Assembly: GCA_052279835.1 (NCBI GenBank)
Contig: CP181291.1
Coordinates: forward strand, 4,448,001 to 4,512,000
DNA from: Microcoleus sp.
GTDB taxonomy: Bacteria > Cyanobacteriota > Cyanobacteriia > Cyanobacteriales > Microcoleaceae
Direction: 5' to 3'
DNA length: 64,000 bases
In this document: positions 30,209 to 39,868 of the stretch, piece after piece
Layout of the letters: each line of letters opens with the position of its first letter
How positions within the stretch are numbered: position 1 is the stretch's first letter
The notes under the pieces: model-generated
Seen by the model: the letters and a program-made list of their open reading frames with translations, nothing else
Told to the model about the DNA's origin: nothing
The model's database searches: none
Translations under genes and position numbers: made by a program

Positions 30209-31027
30209 ATGAGCGACCCAAACCTTCCAGAAAAACCAGCCCTAGAACAAGAGCGCAACGAGATTTTAGAGCAGCTAGAAGATTGGCTGGAAACTCCCAT
30301 GCTCGTCCTGTCATTTGTGTGGCTAGGTCTATTTATTATTGAATTAATTTGGGAATTAAACCCATTTTTAGAAGTCGCTAGCACCGCAATTTGGGCGATT
30401 TTTATTGCAGATTTTCTACTTAAACTCGCCGTTGCACCGCGCAAAGTTTCCTATATCAAAAGCAATTGGATCGCAGCTTTTTCTCTGCTGTTACCTGCTT
30501 TGCGTACATTTCGATTTATCCGAATTTTGCGAGCATTTAAGACAGCACGGGCTGTCCGAAGTTTGCAGTTGTTGCGAGTCATGACTCGTACCAATCGAGG
30601 GATGCGGGCATTAGCTGCAAGTGTTAAACGCAGAGGATTTGGTTATGTTGTAGGACTAACGATAATTATTACGTTGGTAGGTGCAGCAGGGATGTATGCG
30701 TTTGAAAAAGATGTCGCCGATAGTTCTTCGGGTTTAAATGATTACGCCACTGCTTTGTGGTGGACGGCAATGTTGATGATGACATTGGGTTCGGAATATT
30801 GGCCAAAAACGCCTGAAGGTCGCATACTTTGCGTTGTTTTGGCACTGTATGCTTTTGCGGTTTTTGGTTATGTAACTGCGACTATTGCCACATTTTTTAT
30901 CGGTCGCGATGCAGAGGATGAGGAAGCCGAATTAGCAGGAGCAAAATCAATTGCAGCCTTGAGTGCTGAAATTGCGGCCTTACGGACGGAGATTCAGCAA
31001 TTACTGCATCAGAACTCAAACTATTGA
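30209..31027 (+). CDS. Ion transporter (potassium channel-like)
   Basis: Arg-rich S4-like segment; ALWWTAMLMMTLGSEYWPKTPEGR pore region. Confidence 0.85.
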   Translation: MSDPNLPEKPALEQERNEILEQLEDWLETPMLVLSFVWLGLFIIELIWELNPFLEVASTAIWAIFIADFLLKLAVAPRKVSYIKSNWIAAFSLLLPALRTFRFIRILRAFKTARAVRSLQLLRVMTRTNRGMRALAASVKRRGFGYVVGLTIIITLVGAAGMYAFEKDVADSSSGLNDYATALWWTAMLMMTLGSEYWPKTPEGRILCVVLALYAFAVFGYVTATIATFFIGRDAEDEEAELAGAKSIAALSAEIAALRTEIQQLLHQNSNY

Positions 31028-31034
31028 ATCAGAT

Positions 31035-31262
31035 ATAGCATTTCAAGCCAAAGATGAGGTGCCGCTGGGCCTAAAAGCATCGCGCATCGCGCATACCTCA
31101 CTTTCTTGAGGATTGCTATAGATATCAAGATGGTGTAGGAAACCGGATAATTAAAATCAGGACTTTCAAGATAATTCGGCGGTTGAAACCGCGTCTACAA
31201 AAACGATGTCGCCCTGCGCCGACTGGTTTGTAAAGAATCTCCAAAACCCGGATTTGCTATAG
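31035..31262. repeat. Cluster of small MITE-like repeats with TATAGC/GCTATA ends
   Basis: TATAGCA...GATTGCTATA and ...CCGGATTTGCTATAG, with internal GCGGTTGAAACCGC; related to 37743-37830. Confidence 0.5.
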
Positions 31263-31274
31263 CATGACATCATT

Positions 31275-32315
31275 TCATGGTTTCCGCGAGGGAGCGCTTT
31301 CCCAGCGATCTAGTATATCTTTGATTACAACTTCTTTAACCCAAGTTTGAGCAACAATTAGGATTGGGAGGGCTAGCAATAATCCTAAAAAACCCAATAA
31401 AGAACCAAATGCTCCCAACAAAGCTAAGGTGTATGCCGGAAGCAGAGACACTTGCTTTTCCATAATTATAGGTGTAATAAAATTGCCTTCTATTTGTTGA
31501 ATCGCAAAATAAAGTAACAAGACACCACCTGCTTTTCCTGGAGAATCCAACAAAGCTAGCAGCATTGGTGGAACTACGCTCAAAATCGCCCCAACATAAG
31601 GAATTAAAGCCAATAAAAATGCCAAAAATCCGTTAATAAAAGGCAGTTGCACTTGCAAAAAAAACAGACCCACAGCGCTCGAAATCCCAATAAAAGTCAT
31701 GCTCAATGCAATTCCCGCCAACCAGCCCATTAAATTTTTTTCACATTGAGTCAGAATTTCATCGACTCGGTGGCGGTAAAAAGCGGGAAACAGCCTGATT
31801 ATTACTTGGCGGTACGGCACGGGATTTACCACAAGCATAATTGTCAAAACGGTAATTAACAAGAAATTAATTACTAAACTGAGGGAGTTGGATAAAAATA
31901 GATAGATATGGGAAATTATCCACTGAGAAAGGGTTTGGAGTTGTTGGCTTAAATTATCAAGATTGGGAATATTATTTAAGGCCAGTTCCGGCACTTTTGC
32001 TTGCAACCAGTCGATCCACAATCGCAGTTTTTCTATCCCTAGCGGGATAAGTTGAGTTAGCTGTTCAAATTGAGAGCTGAGGCGCGTGAATATTAGGAAA
32101 ATAAAAACAGATGAGAACACCAGTAAAATGCCAACTGTTAAAGCGATCGCCACTTCGCGCCTAGCACCAGACTGCTGCAATCTTCGCACTAAACGGTTGA
32201 GAGCGATCGCTAAAATTACGGCAGTAAAAAACAATAAAATTACCGCTCTAATTTTCCACAAAATATAGAGCGAGACTATTAAAGCCAAAAAACCGATCCA
32301 CTCTCCTAAACCCAC
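31275..32315 (-). CDS. AI-2E family transporter
   Basis: IPYVGAILS and IQQIEGNFITP; multiple transmembrane helices. Confidence 0.9.
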   Translation of the reverse strand: MGLGEWIGFLALIVSLYILWKIRAVILLFFTAVILAIALNRLVRRLQQSGARREVAIALTVGILLVFSSVFIFLIFTRLSSQFEQLTQLIPLGIEKLRLWIDWLQAKVPELALNNIPNLDNLSQQLQTLSQWIISHIYLFLSNSLSLVINFLLITVLTIMLVVNPVPYRQVIIRLFPAFYRHRVDEILTQCEKNLMGWLAGIALSMTFIGISSAVGLFFLQVQLPFINGFLAFLLALIPYVGAILSVVPPMLLALLDSPGKAGGVLLLYFAIQQIEGNFITPIIMEKQVSLLPAYTLALLGAFGSLLGFLGLLLALPILIVAQTWVKEVVIKDILDRWESAPSRKP

Positions 32316-32977
32316 AACATAAATCCCTCCTACAGGTTTTACAGGAATGGTGCAATATCTAAAATTAAACCAAAGACAACTGCGTTCGCGATCGGGTTTA
32401 ACCAGGTTCTCAAGTTTGAAAGCTTAATTTTCATCAAACTTCTCCGATAATTCTTGTGCGATAGGCGTCCTGTCTGTCTTTGAAAATCTTTTTTGGAGAT
32501 ATCTATTTTCTACAGCATACCTACGTATGGGAAATATTGTGCAGAATTCCAGCAGATTGACCCAAATCTTACTTAAGATATATTGCTCGTGCATTCAACT
32601 TAAAAATTATCGTACCTAAGCAAGATAGATTGTCCGCGTAATTCGACTAAGGAAAAAGGACGGGGCGATCGCCGGTTCCGAGCCAATCCCATCCTGGGCT
32701 AATCCTCCAGATAGACTATTTGACTCGGATCGGCCTGACTGATTTACATACCTGGAGGGATGGCAAAAATCTGTGAAACGGAGAAAATTATTTTATAATA
32801 GATACTAATACTATATCCGCATCAAAAAAAACTTTTTAACTCACAATTTTTCTTTTTAGCTTGTTCTGTTACAAACGAAAAATAGGCGATCGATATGCCT
32901 CCGGCACGCTGCGCGATCGCACTAAATTGATGATGAGCCGGCTGAAATAGCCAACTAAATCCAAATGATAGAAAAAT

Positions 32978-33826
32978 ATGACACGGCGCAACTCACCCAC
33001 CGATAGCATTCAAGAACCCGTCCGGCGCGCAAGTTCTCAACCCTGGTTCGACCGACTCGCCAGACTGGGATATGCCGCCAAAGGTTTAGTTTACTTTATA
33101 GTCGGTTTTCTAGCAGCACAAGCAGCTTTTGGATATGGCGGCAAAACCACCGATAGTAGGGGTGCATTAACCACAATTGTCTCCCAACCCTTCGGAAAAT
33201 TCCTGCTGTTTTTGGTGACAATTGGTATTGTTGGGTACGTTTTGTTGCGGATTGTTCAAACTATTCTCGATCCGGAACACGCTGGCGAACAAATGGATGC
33301 CAAGCGAATTGCCAAGCGCATTGGGTACGCTTTTAGTGGGTTAGCTTATGCAGGTTTGGCGGTGACTGCTGTCAAATTAATCATCGGTTCCGGTGGTAGC
33401 AACGGCAATTCAACTCAAGATTGGACAGCTTGGTTTTTATCTCAACCTTTTGGGCAATGGCTGGTAGGGTTCGGAGGAGCAGTCATAATCGGTATCGGTT
33501 TTTCTTACATTTATAAGGGATTCAAAGGCAAATTTCGCCACAATTTCAAACTCGATCGAATGAGCAGCAACGAGCAAAATTGGGCGGTGCGACTGGGTAG
33601 GCTGGGGATTGCCGCTCGCGGCATTGTCTTCAGTATCATCGGTGTTTTCTTGATTGAAGCGGCCAAGCAATCGGATGCTAGTGAAGCTAAAGGATTTGGC
33701 GAGGCGCTGGCATCCCTAGAACAACAGCCTTTTGGCCCGTGGATTCTAGGTTTAGTGGCTTTGGGTTTGATTTGCTATGGCCTCTACTCAGTAATTGAAG
33801 CTCGTTACGGGCAAATTTTGCACTGA
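32978..33826 (+). CDS. DUF1206 membrane protein
   Basis: ARLGYAAKGLVY and repeated QPFG..L motifs. Confidence 0.85.
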   Translation: MTRRNSPTDSIQEPVRRASSQPWFDRLARLGYAAKGLVYFIVGFLAAQAAFGYGGKTTDSRGALTTIVSQPFGKFLLFLVTIGIVGYVLLRIVQTILDPEHAGEQMDAKRIAKRIGYAFSGLAYAGLAVTAVKLIIGSGGSNGNSTQDWTAWFLSQPFGQWLVGFGGAVIIGIGFSYIYKGFKGKFRHNFKLDRMSSNEQNWAVRLGRLGIAARGIVFSIIGVFLIEAAKQSDASEAKGFGEALASLEQQPFGPWILGLVALGLICYGLYSVIEARYGQILH

Positions 33827-33886
33827 TAAATTGCTCTCTGCCAACACAACTGGTAAAAAAATATCTCTTGAGATGGAAGGAAAGTA

Positions 33887-34501
33887 ATGATGAGTACAAA
33901 CTGGGGCGGCTATCGAGTTGCCGCTTGGGTAGGGCAGGCGTTATTAACCATAGCAGTAATATTTGCTGTCAGTCATGGAAATTGGCAAAATGTCTTGGGG
34001 TTAGGCTTATTTTTAGCAGCATCTGTGGTGTTTGTGGTGATGGAAGATCGCTTGCCAGCGCTGTTTGATTTTATGTTTGTGCTTGCTGCGTTGCTTAATG
34101 CTGGAGGCTGGGCTTGGGGATTGTTTTACCAACGGGGGCTTTATGATGAAATTGTTCATGCTTTCACAACTTTTGCTGTGACTTTAGCATTGAGTTTTTT
34201 AGCCTACAGTTCAATGCTGACTATTTTTCGCGATCGCAAACTGCTGTACGTGCTAACAATAACCAGTTTTGGAATTGCGATCGGTGCTTTGTGGGAAATT
34301 ACTGAATGGACGGCTGGCCTCGTTTTTTCTACCGACGTTATTGGGAGTCTCGACGATACAATTATTGATTTGATTATGGATAGTTTTGGCTCTGGAATAG
34401 CTGCCATAACTAGCTTGTGGGCGCTGCCAGAATGGACGCGACCCGATGCGGAAGTTGGGAGTCAAGTCTCGATCGCCAATAGCCCGATCGATCGCACTTA
34501 A
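33887..34501 (+). CDS. Membrane protein (DUF2238-like)
   Basis: YDEIVH, GALWEITEW and DTIIDLIMD. Confidence 0.7.
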   Translation: MMSTNWGGYRVAAWVGQALLTIAVIFAVSHGNWQNVLGLGLFLAASVVFVVMEDRLPALFDFMFVLAALLNAGGWAWGLFYQRGLYDEIVHAFTTFAVTLALSFLAYSSMLTIFRDRKLLYVLTITSFGIAIGALWEITEWTAGLVFSTDVIGSLDDTIIDLIMDSFGSGIAAITSLWALPEWTRPDAEVGSQVSIANSPIDRT

Positions 34502-35325
34502 CTCAAAACAACATCATCACTTTTTGCTCGATCGTCTTTCATCGGATAGATATTTTTTTATTGCCTCCGACAGATGGCAACCTGTGGCTAGTTGGGGTTA
34601 AATAGATAGAGAAACAAGATTTTGAAAGATTGTAGAACACAGACAATCGACCTTTTGCTGAAGTCAATTTTTAATAATTTAAATTTTCTTCACATTACTG
34701 CAAGAGGTTGGTTGTTTCGATTAAGGAGGATTTTATGAAAATAAAATCATTTTCAACCGCAATTGGACTCGCTCTGTTGAGTTCAGTTATTTATTTACCG
34801 GGAATTGCCAGAGCTAATCAGAAACCCTCTATCCAAGTAGCTCAACAAAGAGAATTGGGTTCGGATATCGACAGTTTTACCCTGTATCCAGTACAGCGAC
34901 TAGATCCGGGAACAGAATTATTTTTCGTGCTCCGAGGAACCCCGTATTCTAGAGCTACCTTGACTATCCCAAATGCAGTGCAAAATCTGCCTATGCGGGA
35001 GGTTCAACCGGGAGTTTACGAGGCTAGCTACATGATTCGCCAGGGCGATCGAATTTCGGAAAATACAGCAGTGCGCGCCAATTTGCAACAAGGCAACCGC
35101 ATCACCAGCACTCGCTTGCAACAACCTCTACTTGCTGGTAATAGCGATCGTCGGTTTCCATCACTGTCTATTAACCGCTTCACCGCTCGATCCGTACAGC
35201 AGTTAGACCCGGGAACCACCCTCAATTTCAAATTGCTCGGCACTCCCAACGCTACAGCTACTTTCTCCATTGAAGGAGTTGCTTATAACATCCCCATGCG
35301 GGAAGAATCCAACGGCCTTTACATA

Positions 35326-36991
35326 GGGTTTGCTGAATAATCGATCGCCAACCAAGAGCAGGAGCGATCGATATATTCAAGCAGAGTTAACTATAAGTTG
35401 TTTCGGCATTGATTCCACCCAGTTATAATTGTAGATTATATTCAAGCCAAAAACAGGTGTTCTTTTTCCAAATAGACATAAAAACACACAAAAAACCCGG
35501 CGCCACCAGGTAGCAAGGTTCATTACCAAAAAAGTAATTGCAATAACTGTACCAGATGTATTATCAAGTTTTGCCATCACTCGATTGAGACCGAATCTTC
35601 GTTTTCCTTGCCCAAACTTGCCCTCAATGGCATTTCTAATCCTCTCATCTTCCAACGCTTGCCTCTTTTTTGATTTACTCACATTTGCTGGCGGTCTTCC
35701 TAATGGCGGCCCACTCAGCCTAATGCCTTTTTCTTTACACCATGCTCGGTTTTCCCGATTTCGGTAAATGCGATCTGCATGAACTGACTCTGGATAATAC
35801 CCTGTGAATTTATGATATGCTTCTACTTGTGTTTTTAAGTCCCCTGATTCGTTAAAGTTATCCCAGCTCATCCGGTCTAAAAATACATATCCCTCAAAAC
35901 AACTGGCTGATATTTTGGCTCCAAATTCTACGCTTTTTCCTGCTTTTCCTCTGACTATGGGACGGATATGGGGTTGGCTTAAACTTACTATTCTATCCTC
36001 AATACTCTGTTTATTATTGTCAAATAACCATTGCTGTTGGCGATAGACCTCTGTCAGGACTAACAAGGTTTTATATTGCTTTTTATTCAGAGCTTCTAGG
36101 CTCGCACCTGAATCGATTAGCTGTTCAATATGAGCTAGGTTTCTTTTTATGTATTGAAGTTGTTTTTTAATTGCTTGTCTTTTTTTGTTTTTGGTCGGTC
36201 GTCGTTGTTTGGCTACTGCTAAGTAGTCTTTCCTCGCTAGATTACGGTAGGTTCTTGGTTTTTTAGTGGTGTTTTCTTTAATTTGTTTATACAGAATGTC
36301 TAGGATTTTTTCTGTATGAACTCTGGCTCTGTTTAATAGTCCTAAGTCGGTCGGATAACTAATGTCGGCTGGGGCGCAGGTTGCATCTACGATCAATTGG
36401 CCGCGATTGGATAACTCATTTTTGGCGTCCGGATCCTTTTTTTTTTCAGGTTTGACTGGCGTGAGTTCTCGCATTTTTTTGACCATGCGTTCGTTCACTT
36501 GATTAATTAGATTGGGACTAATTCGTTGCCGAAAGTGTACTAAGAGTGATGGGTCAAATGCGAGTTCGTTGCTGTAGCTTGATTGACCGATGAAGTATTG
36601 CAGATAGGGGTTTTCACGGATCTGTTCTACTGTTTCACGATCGCTAATTCCTAATTTTTCTTTAATAATTAATGCCCCCAATGCCATCCTAAAGCATTTA
36701 GCAGGAGCCCCCTTTTCTGTGGGGAAGTTGGCCGCATATTCTGATTCAAATTCAGACCACGGGATTATTTGGGCCATTTTTACCCAACGGTTATCTGCTG
36801 ACAACTTTCCACATGAGGGGAGTTCAAAGTCGGAGGGTGAGGGGTGAGCAAGCTCAGCTTTTCGATACACGATCGCAGATGGTGATGCACGAGTTTTGAT
36901 CTATTTTACCTGTTTTTTTTGCACCTGACTGTCGATCGCACCAGTTCTTAATCCATGCCACGTCAAGTGCGATCGATTATTCAGCAAGCCC
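35326..36991 (-). mobile_element. IS5-family insertion sequence, 1666 bp
   Basis: 23-bp TIRs GGG(T/C)TTGCTGAATAATCGATCGC; flanking direct repeat TACATA at 35320-35325 and 36992-36997. Confidence 0.93.
35377..36870 (-). CDS. IS5-family DDE transposase
   Basis: ENPYLQYFIG, IVDAT, HADRIY and RNAIEGKFGQGKR. Confidence 0.95.
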   Translation of the reverse strand: MYRKAELAHPSPSDFELPSCGKLSADNRWVKMAQIIPWSEFESEYAANFPTEKGAPAKCFRMALGALIIKEKLGISDRETVEQIRENPYLQYFIGQSSYSNELAFDPSLLVHFRQRISPNLINQVNERMVKKMRELTPVKPEKKKDPDAKNELSNRGQLIVDATCAPADISYPTDLGLLNRARVHTEKILDILYKQIKENTTKKPRTYRNLARKDYLAVAKQRRPTKNKKRQAIKKQLQYIKRNLAHIEQLIDSGASLEALNKKQYKTLLVLTEVYRQQQWLFDNNKQSIEDRIVSLSQPHIRPIVRGKAGKSVEFGAKISASCFEGYVFLDRMSWDNFNESGDLKTQVEAYHKFTGYYPESVHADRIYRNRENRAWCKEKGIRLSGPPLGRPPANVSKSKKRQALEDERIRNAIEGKFGQGKRRFGLNRVMAKLDNTSGTVIAITFLVMNLATWWRRVFCVFLCLFGKRTPVFGLNIIYNYNWVESMPKQLIVNSA

Positions 36992-37498
36992 TACATAGGA
37001 GAATATACGATCCGCCGCCAAGATTATTTTCCGCCTGCGGGTGCGATGGTTACTGCTAGTTTGGAGTCGGGAAATCAAGTTATTCGTTCCCGTTTAGATC
37101 GAGAGCTAATTGCTAGCGATAATGGCAGTTCCAACACTGCCGAACTCCCCCTAGAAATTATCACTCCAAAAGAAAATGCTCGCGTCAGCGGCACGGTTGA
37201 AGTGGAAGGACGCAGTGCGCCAAATGCGACAGTTAATGTCAAGGTTCAGGCTACCTCTTCGGTGGGAGGTTTGTTTGGTTTTGAAAGAAATATCCTCGAA
37301 CGCACAGTTAAAGCAGACGAACAAGGTCTATTCAGCTTTGCTTTTAGGCCGAACATTTCTCTACCTGGGACTAAATACGAGGTGAATCTCAGTGCTAGCA
37401 GAGGCGATCGCACCAGCGAAGAAACTTTGGTACTGTTTCAAAATTGAGCCGTGACTCGCGACTATTTGCCAGCCCCAAATCTGGCAAATCCTGACTAA

Positions 37499-37686
37499 GT
37501 TTGCCGGTTTTACTGTGCTATTTGGTGTTTGGTTCGCTATTGTCGTCGATCGCACTATTTCTCCACGGCTTGCTGTTGGGCTTGAATATATTTTTGGTGG
37601 CGGTGCGATCGGCTTTGTGTTTGGCGATCCCACCTTCTGAGCATCGAAATGGCGCATCGGGTAAATGGCTATTTTGGCTTTCTCCT
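37499..37686 (+). pseudogene. Decayed duplicate of the cruG 3' end (copy 3)
   Basis: LPVLLCYL..GLLLGLNIFLVAVRSALCLAIPPS..ASGKWLFWLSP; cut off by the hairpin repeat at 37687. Confidence 0.88.
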
Positions 37687-37867
37687 AAATACCCGACTTC
37701 TCAAAAAAGTCGGGTATCTAAAGTGCTATCGAGTTCCTGACTGATATCAAATCCGGCTTAAATAAACCCTTTACTTCTTAGTCTGCGGAGGCAGACTTCG
37801 TTTTTGTAGTAGCGGTTTTAACCGCCGAATAATCTAATATATTTGCCCCAATGAAATGCACCAAATT

Positions 37868-38506
37868 TCACTCAAGTATCGCCCCATCTAAGCGGGTTTT
37901 TCTTAAGTCTGTTCTAGCTAAGTTTGCACCTCTCAAATCAGCACCATTTAAGTTAGCATTGCTTAAATCTGCATTAGTCAAATCAGCACCTATGAGAATA
38001 GCATCCGATAAATTTGCCCCAGCTAAATTTGCCCTCACAAGTTGCGATTTACTCAAATTACTGCCACTCAAATTAGCCGATTGCATCTGTGCTAATGCTA
38101 AATTTGCTTTATTTAAATTAGTGCCGCTGAGGTTAGCCAAATTCAATTTAGCATAACTGAGATCGATGTTTTCCAAACAAAGTTGGCTCAAGTTCGCGCA
38201 TCTCAAGTTAGCATTAACAAAATATCGGTCTCCCATTGCATAGCGACGCAGCAATTCGTCAGCTTCCAGCCGAATTAAAACTGGTTCGCCAGCATTTTGG
38301 TAGCACCAGGATGTCTCCAGCAAACTAGCGGCTGCTTCAATGGCTATCTGGTCACATTTAGGGATAATCAAACTATTGCAGCCGTCCCACTCGCCGCCTA
38401 GCATGAATGCCATCTCAGAGGCTGCTGCTACAGAGTCGCACAGCAAAACAGTTTTTGGTTTGGGTTGCAGCCAGTTCATCCAACCGATCGAGCTCTGGTT
38501 TTTCAC
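37868..38506 (-). CDS. Pentapeptide repeat protein
   Basis: ELLRRYAMGDR followed by A(N/D)Lxx repeats. Confidence 0.9.
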   Translation of the reverse strand: MKNQSSIGWMNWLQPKPKTVLLCDSVAAASEMAFMLGGEWDGCNSLIIPKCDQIAIEAAASLLETSWCYQNAGEPVLIRLEADELLRRYAMGDRYFVNANLRCANLSQLCLENIDLSYAKLNLANLSGTNLNKANLALAQMQSANLSGSNLSKSQLVRANLAGANLSDAILIGADLTNADLSNANLNGADLRGANLARTDLRKTRLDGAILE

Positions 38507-38560
38507 GGTTTATTAAGGGTTTTTTGGTCTTTCTTAATTGTAGGTAAAAATATTGAAAAC

Positions 38561-38884
38561 ATGATGCACAAATTTGCTGCGGCTGCGGAGTATGAATTGA
38601 TCGTGTTTGGTGCAGCCAGACCGGGATACCGCGATGCGGAAGTTGCTCGCTGGATTGAATTTATGCAAGGGCATAGTATCAAGCAAGTTTGCTGCTTGCT
38701 GGCGCAAACGCAACTCATCCGCTACAGGGACTTGCTGGGAACCTATGGGAAAATGTTTGGGTCCGATCGAGTTTGCTCGGCGCCGATTGCAGACGAGGCG
38801 ATCACAGCAGTAAAAAAAACTGGCAGAAAGCAGTATTTTGATGAAATACTGCTTTCTGCTTTCTGGCAACTGACTAATAACTAA
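38561..38884 (+). pseudogene. Probable protein phosphatase (PTP/DSP-like) remnant lacking the catalytic loop
   Basis: VFGAARPG, WIEFM..VCCLL, API.D and AVKKTGR resemble cyanobacterial DSPs, but there is no HCxxGxxR motif. Confidence 0.55.
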
Positions 38885-38894
38885 TAACTAATAA

Positions 38895-39788
38895 TTAATC
38901 AACTGTACTAACGTGGTCTATGCGTTCCAATTGCCAGAGAATTTGATTTCCCTCGCGGCGCACCCGCGAAACTACCCAGTTTCGCCAAACCCAGTTGTCT
39001 CCACGACTGGTAACAGCACTGGCATTTACATCCATCAAGTCAGCTAATTCAGAACTTGTGATCAAGTAGCCTTTAGTGGCAACTTCATCAGCTATATGCA
39101 AGGTTTCGATGAGGTTTCGGAGGTCCTGAACCCTCACCTCGCGGGGCAAGTTCTCCAGAGTATCGGCAGTAGAATCCATCATGGCAGCATTGGAGATGAG
39201 AAGGTCAGAAGTTATGACATAGGATTCTATCGTTTTGTTACCAATTGTTTCCGTTTCTTCTGAAACATTTGTGTTTTCCGACTTTAGGGGCAGTTCCCCC
39301 GTGCCTGCCTCAACCCCTTTGTGTTGTTGCAGTTCGGGAACGAGATTCTGCGAAAAGCTGCGGGCGATTTCGTCGCATCTATCGTTATAGAAATCGCCGG
39401 AGTGACCCCGGACGTGTTCCCACTTCACTTGCCGGGAATTCAGCTTGTCTAGCAGGTGCCAGAGGTCTTGATTGACGACATCTTTGCCTGTGGAAGTTTT
39501 CCAGCCTTTGTTTTTCCAGCCTTGAATCCATTTGGTGATACCGTTTTTAACATACTCGCTGTCGGTGTAAAGGGTGACTGCTTCGGTTTGACCGGAATTG
39601 GCAAAAAACTCCAAGGCGGCGATCGCAGCCTGCATTTCCATGCGGTTATTGGTACTTTGGGACTGTGCACCTCCGAGTTCGTGACAGTTGCCATCGGCGA
39701 AGCAAACCACTGCGCCCCAGCCGCCTGGGCCTGGGTTGCCGGAACAAGCGCCGTCTGTGTACAAGCTTTTGATTTGGGGAATTGTCAT
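38895..39788 (-). CDS. rnhA: Ribonuclease HI with cyanobacterial C-terminal extension
   Basis: YTDGACSGNPGPGGW, TNNRME, TDSEYV and HVRGHSG..N.RCD. Confidence 0.95.
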   Translation of the reverse strand: MTIPQIKSLYTDGACSGNPGPGGWGAVVCFADGNCHELGGAQSQSTNNRMEMQAAIAALEFFANSGQTEAVTLYTDSEYVKNGITKWIQGWKNKGWKTSTGKDVVNQDLWHLLDKLNSRQVKWEHVRGHSGDFYNDRCDEIARSFSQNLVPELQQHKGVEAGTGELPLKSENTNVSEETETIGNKTIESYVITSDLLISNAAMMDSTADTLENLPREVRVQDLRNLIETLHIADEVATKGYLITSSELADLMDVNASAVTSRGDNWVWRNWVVSRVRREGNQILWQLERIDHVSTVD

Positions 39789-39868
39789 GGACGAGTTAAT
39801 CTATTTTTTACAGGTATGTTGTTGCCAGATGTCATAATTTAACAGAATCGCGATCGGACCTAGATGCT

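Larger units (their letters stand above)
34735..37447 (+). pseudogene. Secreted Ig-like repeat protein interrupted by an IS5 element
   Basis: Removing 35326-36991 plus one TACATA restores ..GLYIGEYTIRRQD.. in frame with ORF 37046..37447. This parallels the first repeat GVYEASYMIRQGD. Confidence 0.88.

Noticed and set aside
17633..37686. Prophage or integrative element bounded by att sites
   Set aside because: No integrase, phage or conjugation genes are present, and the duplications are long and decayed rather than short att cores.
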